Assembly (NCBI GenBank): GCA_039800205.1
Contig: JBDLRB010000049.1
Location: 6,464 to 70,463 of the forward strand
Length of the DNA: 64,000 nt
Source of the DNA: Pseudomonadota bacterium
GTDB taxonomy: Bacteria > Pseudomonadota > Gammaproteobacteria > Burkholderiales > Burkholderiaceae_E
Reading direction: 5' to 3'
Shown: piece after piece, positions 47,539 to 59,877 of the stretch
Numbering within the stretch: the first letter of the stretch is position 1
Layout of the letters: each line of letters opens with the position of its first letter
The notes under the pieces: model-generated
Seen by the model: only the letters and a program-made list of their open reading frames with translations
What the model was told of the DNA's origin: nothing
Database searches by the model: none
Made by a program: the position numbers and the translations under genes

Positions 47539-49542
47539 ATGCTTTCAGGCCTCGAGCTCGCCCTGATTCTGATCGCCGCGGCGACCCTCGTGGTGTTGCC
47601 CTTCCGGCGATTCGGTATTCCGCCTCTGGTGGCCTATCTGGCCGTCGGGGTGGGCGTGGCGCCCTACGCCTCCGAACTGCTCGACAACGAGGGCGTGCTC
47701 CACTCTGCGGCTGAGCTTGGCGTTGTGTTTCTGATGTTCACCTTGGGGCTCGAATTCAGCCTGGCGCGGTTGAAGGTCCTGCGCCGCTTTGTGTTCGGCC
47801 TGGGCGGCGCGCAGGTCCTGAGCTGCGCTGCGCTGATCATGGCGATCCTGCTTGTACTGCCCGCCTCGTGGGCGGGCTGGCTGCTTCCCGGGGGCCTCGA
47901 CTGGCGTCTGGCCTTCACGATCGCGGCAGCGCTTGCCCTCTCGTCGACTGCGCTGGTCGTCAAGCTGCTGGTCGAGCGACGTGAACTCGAGACGGAGCAC
48001 GGTCGCAGGGTGTTCAGTGTGCTGCTCTTTCAGGACCTTGCGGTCATTCCGCTGCTCATCGTCATTCCCGCGCTGGGCAAGGGGTCCGACGGATTGGCTG
48101 TTGCGCTCGGGCTCGCCTTCCTGAAGACGGCGGTTCTGCTGGGCGTGCTGCTTCGATTCGGGCCCCGAATCATGCGGACCTGGTTCGGCCTGGTCGTGCG
48201 GACGCGATCGCATGAACTGTTTACGCTCAATGTCCTGCTGGCGACCCTGCTGTTTGGCTGGATCACCCATCAGGCCGGACTGTCCATGGAGCTCGGTGCC
48301 TTTCTGGCCGGAATGATGATCTCCGAGACCGAGTACCGGTTTCAGGTCGAGGAAGACATCAAGCCCTTTCGCGACGTCCTGCTCGGGCTTTTTTTCGTGA
48401 CCATCGGTGCGCGGCTGGATCCGATGGGCCTGCTCTCGAGCTGGCCGCAGGTGTTGACGATTCTGATCCTGGCGTTTGCCATCAAGTTCGCGGTTGTTGC
48501 GTGGCTGGTGATGCGTAGCGGTGCGGGTGCGGGAGTGGCGATCCGCACGGCATTGTGGTTGTCGCAAACCGGCGAATTCGCCTTCGTGTTGCTTGCTCAG
48601 CTGGTCGAGGGCGGCCTCGGTTCGCACGAGGCCCTGCAACCCGTCACGGCTGCGATCCTCCTTTCGTTGCTGCTCAGCCCAGCGATCATTTCGCAGTCGC
48701 AGCGTCTTGCCCTTTGGGTGTCGGGCGAGGAATGGCTCAGGCAGTCCGTCCAGTTGCAGCAAGTGGCCACACAGTCCATGAGTCTGCGTGGACACGTGAT
48801 TGTCTGCGGCTTTGGTCGTTGCGGGCAGGGTCTGGGTCATATTCTTGCAGCCGAGCAGGTTCCTTTTTTTGCGATTGACACCGATCCCGATCGGGTTCGG
48901 CGGGCCCAGGCCGCGGGCGAGCCGGTCGTGTACGGTGACGCTCGCCGGCAGGCGATGCTCGTCGCCGCGGGCATTTCCCGAGCCCGTGCCCTGGCGATCA
49001 CCTTTGACGATCTGCCTCAGGCCCTCCACCTGCTGGCCACCGTGCGCACGCTCGCTCCCCGGCTGCCGGTGCTTGCCCGCTGTGCGAATGAGGCCGACAT
49101 CGAGCGCTTGAGGGCGGCCGGTGCGACCGAGGTGGTCCCGGAAATTGCTGAGGGCAGCCTGATGATCGCATCCCACGCGATGGCGCTGGCCGGAGTGCCC
49201 TTGTCGCGGGTGCGACGACGGGTCCGCAAAATCCGGGACGGGCGATACGCTCTCCTGCAGGGGTTCTTCCAGGGGGCGGACGACGAGCCGATCGAAGCGA
49301 TCGAAGCCGACCCCCATACCTTGCGAGCCGTGCCGATCGAGCCCGGCGCCCCGGCCGTCGGGCAGGTGCTCGCACGTATCGCCACCGCCGAAGTACGAAC
49401 GATGGCCCTGGTTCGGGGCACGCAGAGGTTGGTCGAGCCCGATCCCTCGACCGAAATTCAATCGGGCGATGTGCTGGTGCTGTCGGGTCGACTCGACCAT
49501 ATCGCTGCGGTCGAGCAACAATGGTTACTGCCGCCGGGTTGA
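47539..49542 (+). CDS. monovalent cation:proton antiporter-2 (CPA2) family protein with RCK/TrkA-N and TrkA-C domains
   Basis: About 12 TM helices, followed by the Rossmann motif VIVCGFGRCGQG and a C-terminal TrkA-C-like region (GDVLVLSG). Confidence 0.85.
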   Translation: MLSGLELALILIAAATLVVLPFRRFGIPPLVAYLAVGVGVAPYASELLDNEGVLHSAAELGVVFLMFTLGLEFSLARLKVLRRFVFGLGGAQVLSCAALIMAILLVLPASWAGWLLPGGLDWRLAFTIAAALALSSTALVVKLLVERRELETEHGRRVFSVLLFQDLAVIPLLIVIPALGKGSDGLAVALGLAFLKTAVLLGVLLRFGPRIMRTWFGLVVRTRSHELFTLNVLLATLLFGWITHQAGLSMELGAFLAGMMISETEYRFQVEEDIKPFRDVLLGLFFVTIGARLDPMGLLSSWPQVLTILILAFAIKFAVVAWLVMRSGAGAGVAIRTALWLSQTGEFAFVLLAQLVEGGLGSHEALQPVTAAILLSLLLSPAIISQSQRLALWVSGEEWLRQSVQLQQVATQSMSLRGHVIVCGFGRCGQGLGHILAAEQVPFFAIDTDPDRVRRAQAAGEPVVYGDARRQAMLVAAGISRARALAITFDDLPQALHLLATVRTLAPRLPVLARCANEADIERLRAAGATEVVPEIAEGSLMIASHAMALAGVPLSRVRRRVRKIRDGRYALLQGFFQGADDEPIEAIEADPHTLRAVPIEPGAPAVGQVLARIATAEVRTMALVRGTQRLVEPDPSTEIQSGDVLVLSGRLDHIAAVEQQWLLPPG

Positions 49543-49641
49543 GCCGCCCCGTGGGGCAGGTGATCAGGCTTCGGGGCTTTGAATCACGTGCGACGGCTTA
49601 CCGGCTAAAATGAAGGGTTCAACTAAAACACTCCGAGCATC

Positions 49642-50445
49642 GTGGTCCAAGACACGCTCCGCCTCGAAGGGGTTCGCTTCGGGTATCGGGAGCGCCTCAT
49701 CATCGATGATGTCAGCCTGACGGTTCGACCCGGTCGCATCGTCGCGCTGGTGGGCGGTTCAGGTTCCGGCAAGACGACCCTGCTGCGGCTGATGGGTGGC
49801 ATGCTCCAGCCCGAGCGCGGGGCGGTCGTGTTCGAAGGTCAGTCTCTCGCCTCGCTCGACCGTGATGCGCTGTATGCGGTGCGCCGGCGGATGGGGATGC
49901 TGTACCAGTTTGGTGCCCTCTTCACCGATCTCTCGGTGTTCGACAACGTGGCCTTTCCCCTTCGTGAGCACACCGATCTCGACGAGACCGCCATTCGCGA
50001 TCTGGTCCTGCTCAAGCTGAACGCCGTGGGCTTGCGCGGGGTGTCCCACTACCGGACGGCCCAGCTCTCGGGCGGCATGGCGCGACGGGTGGCACTTGCG
50101 CGGGCCATCGCACTGGACCCGCCGCTGATCATGTATGACGAGCCCTTCGCCGGTCTGGATCCCATTTCGCTGTCGACCGTTGCGCAACTGATCAGGCGCC
50201 TGACCGAGACCCTCGGTTGTGCGTCGATCGTCGTGTCGCACGACATCAAGGATACCTTCGCGATCGCAGACGATGTCTATCTGCTGTCGCGTGGACGGAT
50301 TGCGGCCGAGGGCACGCCGGCCGCCATGCGTGTCTCCACCGATCCGAACGTTCGCCAGTTCCTGGACGGTGATATCGACGGACCGGTTGCCTTCCATCAC
50401 GCAACGCGTCGGACGCTGGCCGAGGATCTTGAGGTGGGCCCATGA
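49642..50445 (+). CDS. mlaF: phospholipid ABC transporter ATP-binding protein MlaF
   Basis: GTG start. Walker A GGSGSGKTT and signature LSGGMARRVALARAI. First gene of the mla cluster. Confidence 0.85.
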   Translation: MVQDTLRLEGVRFGYRERLIIDDVSLTVRPGRIVALVGGSGSGKTTLLRLMGGMLQPERGAVVFEGQSLASLDRDALYAVRRRMGMLYQFGALFTDLSVFDNVAFPLREHTDLDETAIRDLVLLKLNAVGLRGVSHYRTAQLSGGMARRVALARAIALDPPLIMYDEPFAGLDPISLSTVAQLIRRLTETLGCASIVVSHDIKDTFAIADDVYLLSRGRIAAEGTPAAMRVSTDPNVRQFLDGDIDGPVAFHHATRRTLAEDLEVGP

Positions 50446-51224
50446 GTTCGGGCGGATTGCGGGGTGTGCGTGGGCTGACCGATCACATCGCCCGGGTGGG
50501 CTACGGTGCGCGCTTCTTTCTGCGACTGTGTGGGCTGGCGCTGGCCGGTTTGCGCCGCCCGCGGTTGATCGTCGATCAGATTCATTTCATCGGGAACCAC
50601 TCGCTCTCGATCATCCTGGTATCGGGGCTCCTGATCGGGTTTGTATTGGGTCTGCAGGGGTACTACACCTTGCGTCGCTACGGATCCGAGGAGGCGTTGG
50701 GCCTCTTGGTCACGCTGTCACTGGTGCGCGAGCTCGGACCGGTGGTGACCGCGCTGCTCTTTGCTGGGCGGGCGGGTACTTCGCTCACCGCCGAAGTGGG
50801 CCTGATGAAGGCCGGGGAGCAGATCGATGCGATGGAAATGATGGCCGTCGATCCGGTGGCCCGGGTGCTTGCGCCAAGATTTGCGGCAGCGCTCCTTTGC
50901 ATGCCGCTGCTTGCCGCACTATTCTCGGCCATGGGGGTGCTGGGCGGCTATGTGGTGGGCGTCGAGATGATCGGCGTGGACGCCGGCGCGTTCTGGTCGC
51001 AGATGCAGGGTGGCGTCGACTGGTTGCTTGATGTGGGCAACGGCGTGCTGAAGAGCATTGTCTTCGGCTTTACCGTGGCCTTCGTTGCGCTCTATGTGGG
51101 TTACCACGCGGAAGCGACGCCGGAGGGCGTCTCGCGCGCCACCACCAGTACGGTCGTGGTCGCGTCGCTCGCGGTGCTGGGTCTGGATTTCATTCTGACG
51201 GCTCTGATGTTCAGCTCGAACTGA
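50442..51224 (+). CDS. mlaE: phospholipid ABC transporter permease MlaE
   Basis: 260 aa. Contains the MlaE-type motif ELGPVVTALLFAGRAGTSLTAEVGLMK. Confidence 0.85.
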   Translation: MSSGGLRGVRGLTDHIARVGYGARFFLRLCGLALAGLRRPRLIVDQIHFIGNHSLSIILVSGLLIGFVLGLQGYYTLRRYGSEEALGLLVTLSLVRELGPVVTALLFAGRAGTSLTAEVGLMKAGEQIDAMEMMAVDPVARVLAPRFAAALLCMPLLAALFSAMGVLGGYVVGVEMIGVDAGAFWSQMQGGVDWLLDVGNGVLKSIVFGFTVAFVALYVGYHAEATPEGVSRATTSTVVVASLAVLGLDFILTALMFSSN

Positions 51225-51245
51225 TGCAGGGCGGAGGTGGGCAAC

Positions 51246-51716
51246 ATGAATCGCAAGGGTGTGGACGTACTCGTCGGTCTCTTTGTTCTGCTCGGGTTCG
51301 CCGCATTGCTGTTTCTCGCCCTTCGGGCGGGCAACATGAGCAGCAGCGTCGGCCTGAACGACACCTACAGTGTCGTCGCCCGGTTTGACAACATCGGGGG
51401 GCTGAAACCCCGCGCCGCAGTGCGTAGCGCCGGCGTTGTCGTCGGGCGCGTTGCATCGGTGACCCTGGACGGCACGTCATACGAAGCCGTCGTGAAGATC
51501 GACCTCGATACGCGCTATCGGTTTCCCAAGGACACGTCCGCCAAGATCCTGACGGCGGGTCTCTTGGGCGAGCAGTACATTGGCCTCGAGCCCGGAGGCG
51601 ACACGGCCGTCCTCGAAGCGGGCGCTCGGATCACGCTGACGCAATCGGCGGTGGTCCTCGAAAACATCATCGGCCAGATGCTCTACAGCCGGGCGGCCGA
51701 GGGAGAGCGCAAGTGA
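51246..51716 (+). CDS. mlaD: MCE-domain phospholipid-binding protein MlaD
   Basis: N-terminal TM helix plus an MCE domain (GGLKPRAAVRSAGVVVGRV). ATG 51246 has GGAGG 8 nt upstream; GTG 51237 is an alternative start. Confidence 0.8.
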   Translation: MNRKGVDVLVGLFVLLGFAALLFLALRAGNMSSSVGLNDTYSVVARFDNIGGLKPRAAVRSAGVVVGRVASVTLDGTSYEAVVKIDLDTRYRFPKDTSAKILTAGLLGEQYIGLEPGGDTAVLEAGARITLTQSAVVLENIIGQMLYSRAAEGERK

Positions 51717-52435
51717 TCCGATGGCGCATTGCCCCCTGGTTGATCGCGATTGCACTGGGCACGGCAGGCGGGGTGCAGGCGCGTCCGGTGTCCGACCCCC
51801 TGGAGCCGCTCAACCGTTCGGTGTTCGCGTTCAATGATGCGCTCGACCGGACCGTTCTGAAGCCAGTGGCGCAGCAGTACGTTCGCTGGGTGCACCCGGG
51901 CATTCGTCAGCTGGCCGGCAATGTGTTTGCCAACTTTGCGGAGCCCTGGACGGGCGTCAATAATCTGCTTCAGGGCAAGCCCGTCGAGGCGCTGGGCGAT
52001 TTTGCCCGCTTCGCGATCAACACCCTTTTCTGCTTCGGCGGTCTCGGCGATCTTGCGGCCGATCTGGGTCTGCCCCGGCACAGCGAGGATCTCGGTCAGA
52101 CCCTTGGCGTTTGGGGTGTGCCGGCTGGGCCTTATCTGGTCCTGCCCCTGCTGGGCCCCTCCAGTGCGCGGGACGCCGTCGGCACCCTGGGCGGCCTGGC
52201 GGCTGATCCGGTTCGGCAGATTCATTCCGAAGGTGACCGCACCGCAGTGTCGCTCGTGCGTGTCGTGGATACCCGTGCTGCGCTCCTGCCCCTGGATCGT
52301 TTGATTGAGGGGGCAGCGCTTGATCGCTATACCTTTGTTCGAAATGCTTACCTTCAGCGACGCAACAACCTCGTTTATGACGGTGACCCGCCCGAACCGC
52401 CTGAACCGGCGGGGCCCCGTGGATCCGGAGACTAA
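51713..52435 (+). CDS. mlaA: MlaA/VacJ family protein (no lipobox cysteine seen)
   Basis: GTGA overlap with mlaD. Contains the VacJ core DPLEPLNRSVFAFNDALDRTVLKPVA. The signal sequence ends AGGVQA-RP without a Cys. Confidence 0.75.
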   Translation: MIRWRIAPWLIAIALGTAGGVQARPVSDPLEPLNRSVFAFNDALDRTVLKPVAQQYVRWVHPGIRQLAGNVFANFAEPWTGVNNLLQGKPVEALGDFARFAINTLFCFGGLGDLAADLGLPRHSEDLGQTLGVWGVPAGPYLVLPLLGPSSARDAVGTLGGLAADPVRQIHSEGDRTAVSLVRVVDTRAALLPLDRLIEGAALDRYTFVRNAYLQRRNNLVYDGDPPEPPEPAGPRGSGD

Positions 52436-52439
52436 TCCG

Positions 52440-53153
52440 ATGGTGATCTCGATCAATGCCCCCAAGCGCCGACCGTTTGCGGCGGCGCTGCACGCTCTGA
52501 TTTCTGCGATTCGGGTCCTGTCCCGTGGGTGCGCGAAGAACGCCGCACGGGCGGTCATGCTTGCCCTGCTTTGGGGTTTGGGTGCGCATGCCGTGGCGCA
52601 GACCGCGCCGGACAAGTTCATCGAGAACGTGAGCAACAAGGCGCTCGATCGGATCAAGAAAGACCCGACCATCCAGTCCGGCGAGACCGAGCGGGTGCTG
52701 CGCTTTGTCGATGAAGAAATCATGCCGCACGTCAATTTCGAGCGGATGACCGCGCTTGCGGTTGGGCGGGCGTGGCGACAGGCGACCCCCGCCCAGCAGC
52801 GAGACTTGATCGAACAGTTCCGCTTGTTGCTCGTACGGACCTACTCGGGTGCCCTCGCCCAGGCCGTCGACAAGTCCATTCGGCTTCGGCCCTTGCGCGG
52901 GGACCCGAAGGCCGCCGAGGTGCTGGTCCGAAGCGAACTGGTGGGTTCGCGGGGCGACCCGATCCAGATCGATTATCGGCTCGAGCGGGTGGGCGAGGCC
53001 TGGAAAATCTATGACGTCAATGTGCTGGGCATCTGGATCGTCCAGACCTATCGCGATCAGTTCAGCCAGGAGGTCTCGGCGCGTGGCCTCGAGGGTCTGA
53101 TCGCCGGTCTCAAGGACCGTAATGCCAAGGCGGCGAGCGGGTCGAAACGCTGA
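52440..53153 (+). CDS. mlaC: phospholipid-binding periplasmic protein MlaC (Ttg2D family)
   Basis: Signal peptide ending AHAVAQ. Toluene-tolerance Ttg2D-like sequence (WKIYDVNVLGIWIVQTYRDQF). A later Met start is possible. Confidence 0.75.
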   Translation: MVISINAPKRRPFAAALHALISAIRVLSRGCAKNAARAVMLALLWGLGAHAVAQTAPDKFIENVSNKALDRIKKDPTIQSGETERVLRFVDEEIMPHVNFERMTALAVGRAWRQATPAQQRDLIEQFRLLLVRTYSGALAQAVDKSIRLRPLRGDPKAAEVLVRSELVGSRGDPIQIDYRLERVGEAWKIYDVNVLGIWIVQTYRDQFSQEVSARGLEGLIAGLKDRNAKAASGSKR

Positions 53154-53452
53154 TGGGTACGCCCTCGCCCGGACCGGAGTCCCGGATCCATGTGTTCCCC
53201 GAGCACCTGACCCTCCATGAGGCGATGGTCGAACGAGACCGGCTGCTCGCCGCGCTCCGGCAGGGGGCGACCCGCGCAGATCTGCGTCCCCTCCGGCACT
53301 TCGATTCGAGTGCACTGATCGTGATGCTGGCCGGTGTTCGGGCGTCGCGCCGGTCCGGGACGCCGTTGGCCTTCGAAGGCGTACCCGACACGCTCCGTGG
53401 GCTCGCGCGTCTCTACGGACTGCAGGAGTTGCTGCCCGATGCATTCGTCTGA
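53153..53452 (+). CDS. mlaB: STAS domain protein (MlaB-like)
   Basis: 99 aa. Start overlaps the mlaC stop (TGATG). STAS-like pattern (FDSSALIVMLAGVR). Position is at the end of the mla cluster. Confidence 0.6.
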   Translation: MGTPSPGPESRIHVFPEHLTLHEAMVERDRLLAALRQGATRADLRPLRHFDSSALIVMLAGVRASRRSGTPLAFEGVPDTLRGLARLYGLQELLPDAFV

Positions 53453-54404
53453 GGCGACTGTTCGCGCGGGCGCTGCGCGTCCAGGTCGCTCGCCCGATCG
53501 CCCCGCCGCGATCGCGATCAACGGGCTCGTCAAGCGCTATGGCCGCTTCGAGGCACTGCGTGGGGTGTCGCTCGAAATCGAGCAGGGCGAATTCTTCGGA
53601 TTGCTGGGCCCGAACGGTGCCGGCAAGACCTCGCTGATCTCGATCATCGCCGGTCTTTCACAGCCCAGCGCGGGATCGGTCGCCGTGATGGGGCATGATG
53701 TCACCGCCGATTTCAGACAGGCTCGTCGTATGCTGGGGGTCGTCCCCCAGGAACTGGTCTTCGATCCGTTCTTCACGGTTCGTGAGACCCTGCGCCTGAC
53801 GTCGGGCTACTACGGGGTTCGCGGCAACGATGACTGGATCGATGAGATCCTCGCCCACCTTGACCTGTCCGCCAAGGCCGACGCGAACATGCGGGCCCTG
53901 TCCGGCGGAATGAAACGACGGGTGCTGGTCGGGCAGGCCCTGGTCCACCGACCGCCGGTGATCGTGCTCGACGAGCCGACCGCAGGGGTCGATGTGGAGC
54001 TGCGCCGCACGCTCTGGGATTTCATCCGGCGTCTCAACCGCGAAGGCCACACGATCGTTCTGACCACGCACTACCTGGAAGAGGCCCAGGAATTGTGTGG
54101 GCGGATCGCGATGCTCAAAGCCGGACAGGTGGTCGCGCTGGCCCGCACGGCCGAACTGCTTGGGCGATTCGCGGGCGGCACGCTTGCCTTGCGGCTATCG
54201 GGCGCGCCGTTTCCCGAAGCGCTCGCGAGCGTCCGGATCGACGGCGGTGCAGCGGGGTGGCATCTGTTGCGGGTCGATGCGCCGGATGCCCTTGAGCCCC
54301 TCCTGGCTGCGCTGCGTCTGGCCGGGTGTCGGATTGAAGAAATGAATTTCGAGCATACCGATCTCGAGGATGTGTTTTTGCGCATCATGCGGGAGGCGGC
54401 TTGA
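53439..54404 (+). CDS. ABC-2 type transporter ATP-binding protein
   Basis: Walker [10 protein letters not shown], signature LSGGMKRRVLVGQAL, Walker B VLDEPTAGVD. Confidence 0.85.
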   Translation: MHSSEATVRAGAARPGRSPDRPAAIAINGLVKRYGRFEALRGVSLEIEQGEFFGLLGPNGAGKTSLISIIAGLSQPSAGSVAVMGHDVTADFRQARRMLGVVPQELVFDPFFTVRETLRLTSGYYGVRGNDDWIDEILAHLDLSAKADANMRALSGGMKRRVLVGQALVHRPPVIVLDEPTAGVDVELRRTLWDFIRRLNREGHTIVLTTHYLEEAQELCGRIAMLKAGQVVALARTAELLGRFAGGTLALRLSGAPFPEALASVRIDGGAAGWHLLRVDAPDALEPLLAALRLAGCRIEEMNFEHTDLEDVFLRIMREAA

Positions 54405-54429
54405 GCGCGTGAGCGCTCGTACGGATCAC

Positions 54430-55191
54430 ATGATGAGCATCGGTTTTCAGACGCTGTTTCGCAAGGAGATGCTGCGCTTCCTCAAGGTGAGTGTGCAGAC
54501 CGTGGCCGCGCCGGTCCTCACGGCTCTGCTCTATCTGGTCGTCTTTTCGCAGGCACTCAGCGGGCGGGTCAAGGTCTTCGATTCAATCGAGTACACCTCG
54601 TTTCTGGTCCCCGGCCTGGTCATGATGGCAATTTTGCAAAATGCCTTCGCAAACGCATCCTCGTCCTTGATCCAGAGCAAGGTGACCGGCAATATCGTCT
54701 TTGTTCTGTTGCCGCCCCTTTCGCACCGGGAGCTCTTTTCCGCTTACGTTCTGGCCTCGATCGTCCGGGGCCTGGCGGTCGGGGTCGGGGTGTATGTCTG
54801 CACCCTGGGTTTCGCCCAGTATGGCTATGCCGCGCCGCTCTGGTCGCTCGCCTTTGCCCTCGCGGGTGGTTTCATCCTCGGTTCGATGGGCCTGATTGCC
54901 GGCATCTGGGCCGACAAGTTCGACCAGATTGCGGTCTTTCAGAACTTCATCATCATGCCCTTGACCTTTCTGTCGGGGGTGTTCTATTCGGTCGATTCGC
55001 TGCCTCCTTTCTGGCAGCTCGTGTCCCACCTCAATCCTTTTTTCTATATCGTCGACGGCTTTCGTTACGGCTTCTTCGGGGTGTCCGACGTCGACCCCCA
55101 AATCAGTCTGGCGATCGTGGTGTGTGCCGCGCTGGCGTGTTCGGTCATCGCGTTGCGTATGCTGTCGAGCGGCTACAAGTTGCGTCTATGA
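54430..55191 (+). CDS. ABC-2 type transporter permease
   Basis: About 253 aa with six hydrophobic helices. Paired with the preceding ATPase. Confidence 0.8.
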   Translation: MMSIGFQTLFRKEMLRFLKVSVQTVAAPVLTALLYLVVFSQALSGRVKVFDSIEYTSFLVPGLVMMAILQNAFANASSSLIQSKVTGNIVFVLLPPLSHRELFSAYVLASIVRGLAVGVGVYVCTLGFAQYGYAAPLWSLAFALAGGFILGSMGLIAGIWADKFDQIAVFQNFIIMPLTFLSGVFYSVDSLPPFWQLVSHLNPFFYIVDGFRYGFFGVSDVDPQISLAIVVCAALACSVIALRMLSSGYKLRL

Positions 55192-55200
55192 GGTCAAGCA

Positions 55201-55449
55201 ATGGTCAATCCGGATGATGTGCGTGCCTATATCCTTCAGGGGCTGTCCTGCAGCCATATCGAGGTGAGTGGCGATGGCCGTCACTTTGAGGCCTTGATCG
55301 TGTCCGACCAGTTCGCAGGCAAGCGGCTGGTCCAGCGCCACCAGCTGGTGTACGCGGCCCTGGGCGACCGGATGCGCGAGGAAATCCATGCGCTTTCGAT
55401 GCGCACGCTGACTCCCGACGAGCATGCCGGTGGCGCCGGTGCGGCCTGA
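55201..55449 (+). CDS. ibaG: BolA family protein (IbaG-like)
   Basis: 82 aa with BolA-like motifs (GDGRHFEALIVSDQFAGKRLVQRHQLVY). Sits immediately upstream of murA, as in E. coli. Confidence 0.8.
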   Translation: MVNPDDVRAYILQGLSCSHIEVSGDGRHFEALIVSDQFAGKRLVQRHQLVYAALGDRMREEIHALSMRTLTPDEHAGGAGAA

Positions 55450-57403
<1,954 letters not shown>

Positions 57404-57407
<4 letters not shown>

Positions 57408-59839
57408 CGGCGACCCGAGCAGCGGCAGGGGGGCCGGATGCACCGGGCCTGATCCACGAGCTGGAGGCCGACCACCCGGACTTTGATGCGCAGCTTGGGC
57501 GTCTCCTCGCTTGGGAGGCCGCCCAGGACGACTCAATCCGCCAGACCGTTGCCGACATTCTGTCGCAGGTGCGCGCCCGAGGCGATGAAGCGCTCCTCGA
57601 CTACACCCGCCGTTTCGATCGACTGGCGGTGGACGCTGCGGCCGGGCTGGAGTTGAGCCGGGCTGAACTTGACGCAGCGCTCGCCGGGTTGAGCGAGCAG
57701 GCGCGCGACGCCTTGATGGCCGCAGCAGACCGAGTCCGGTCCTACCACGAGCGCCAGTTGCTTCGCTCCTGGGACTATGTCGAACCGGATGGCACCCGTC
57801 TGGGTCAGAAGATCACGCCGCTTGATCGGGTGGGTCTGTATGTCCCGGGAGGCAAGGCGGCCTATCCCTCATCGGTTCTGATGAATGCGCTGCCGGCCCG
57901 TGTGGCGGGTGTGGGCGAGCTGATCATGGTCGTCCCCACTCCCGACGGGGTGCGTAACCCGCTGGTCCTCGCCGCGGCGGCCGTGGCCGGGGTCGATCGC
58001 GTGTTCACGATCGGCGGTGCGCAGGCCGTGGCCGCGCTCGCCTGGGGTACGCAGACCATTCCGGCCGTTGACAAGATCGTCGGGCCCGGGAACGCCTATG
58101 TCGCCGAGGCCAAGCGGATGGTCTTTGGCACGGTCGGCATCGACATGATTGCGGGTCCCAGCGAGATCCTGGTGATCTGCGAGGGTCAGGCCGACCCCGA
58201 CTGGGTCGCCATGGATCTGTTTTCGCAGGCTGAACATGACGAGCTTGCACAGGCGATCCTGATCAGTCCTGATCGGGCGTTTCTTGCTCGTGTCCGCGAG
58301 GCGATCCAGCGCCGTTTGCCCACGATGGCCCGGCGCGCCGTCATCGAACGATCCCTGGCCGATCGCGGCATGCTCATTCACGTACCGGACATGGAGGCCG
58401 CGTGCCGCATCGCCAACCGGATCGCCGCCGAGCATCTCGAAATCATCGCTGAGGACCCGGGTCGTTGGGCCCACCGGATCCGTCATGCCGGGGCCATGTT
58501 CCTGGGGCCCTACGCCTCCGAGTCGCTGGGCGACTACTGTGCGGGCCCCAACCATGTGCTGCCGACCATGCGTACGGCGCGCTTTTCATCCCCGCTGGGC
58601 GTGTACGACTTCCAGAAGCGGACCTCGATCATCGAGGTGTCCCGCGCGGGCGCGCAGTCCCTGGGGCGGATTGCATCCACGCTGGCCCGGGCCGAGGGCC
58701 TCGAGGCGCATGCGCTGAGTGCCGAGCTGCGTCTCGAGGGCAGCGGATCGGCGGTCGGGTCCGGGACGCCCGACCTTGGGACCGCAGCGGTCGTGCGCGA
58801 TGAAGTCCGTGCGATGTCGTCGTACCACGTCCCGCCCGCCGAGGGTCTGATCAAGCTCGACGCGATGGAAAATCCCTATCGCCTGCCCGAGACCCTGCGT
58901 GATGCCCTGGGCAGACGTCTGGCGGATGCCTTGATCAATCGTTACCCGGTGCCCAGCTATGCGCGGCTCAAGTCGTTGCTGCGCAGCCGGATGGCGATGC
59001 CCGCTTCGTGCGAAGTTCTGCTGGGCAATGGCTCGGACGAGCTCATCTCGATGGTGCTGACCGCGTGCGCGCGTCCGGGCGCAGTCGCCCTCGCGCCCGT
59101 TCCCTCGTTCGTGATGTACCGCGTGTCGGCCGAACTGGCGGGGATGCGTTTTGTCGGGGTCCCCCTGGCGGCTGACCTGGGCCTGGACGTCGACGCGATG
59201 ATTGATGCGATTCAGCGTCATCGGCCGGCAGTCGTCTTCATTGCCTTTCCCAACAATCCGACCGGCAACTGTTTTGATCGGGCGGCAATCGAGCGCGTGA
59301 TCGCCGCTGCGCCCGGCCTGGTGGTCCTGGATGAGGCCTATCACCCGTTTGCGCAGGCAAGCTGGATGGATCGCCTGCCGGACCACCCCAGATTGCTGGT
59401 CATGCGTACGCTCTCCAAGCTCGGTCTGGCTGGGCTTCGGCTCGGCTACCTGGCGGGCGACCCGCGCTGGATCAATGAGTTTGACAAGGTTCGACCGCCC
59501 TACAACATCAGCGTGCTGAACGAAATCGCCGCGGAATTCGCTCTCGAGCATCTTGAGGTGCTCGACGAACAGGCGACGATGATCCGGGCCGAGCGCGCCC
59601 GCCTGTCGGCCGAACTGGCCCAATTGCCGGGCCTTCAGGTCTTGCCGTCTTCGGCCAATTTCCTGCTTGCCCGGGTCCCGGATTCGGCGGATGCCCACCG
59701 GCGGCTCAAGGCTGCAGGCGTTCTGGTGAAGGACGTCGGTACAATGCACCCCCTGCTTGCAAACGCGCTGCGCCTGACCGTCGGAACCCCCGAAGAAAAT
59801 CGGGCGCTGGTCGACGCCCTCCGGGCAGTGCTTCGCTGA
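57404..59839 (+). CDS. hisD-hisC: single 811-codon ORF fusing histidinol dehydrogenase (N-terminal, about 445 aa) with histidinol-phosphate aminotransferase (C-terminal, about 350 aa)
   Basis: The HisD part ends ...[16 protein letters not shown]. The linker is [14 protein letters not shown]. The HisC part begins [18 protein letters not shown]...LDAMENPY and contains the PLP-Lys context [17 protein letters not shown] read codon by codon across 58721-58816 and found no stop. Confidence 0.8.
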
Positions 59840-59877
59840 TCCGATCGTCCGTCCACGTCCGTCAACGACCCCCGACC

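Noticed and set aside
47545-49521. 658-aa minus-strand ORF covering the whole CPA2 antiporter gene
   Set aside because: It mirrors a convincingly polytopic transporter gene. Its composition is Arg/Gln/Asp/Gly-rich and has no hydrophobic or catalytic pattern. This is a GC-driven shadow ORF.
49579-49611. TTGAAT ... TAAAAT promoter-like hexamers upstream of mlaF
   Set aside because: The spacer is 21 nt, too long for a sigma-70 promoter, and no better-spaced -10 is present.
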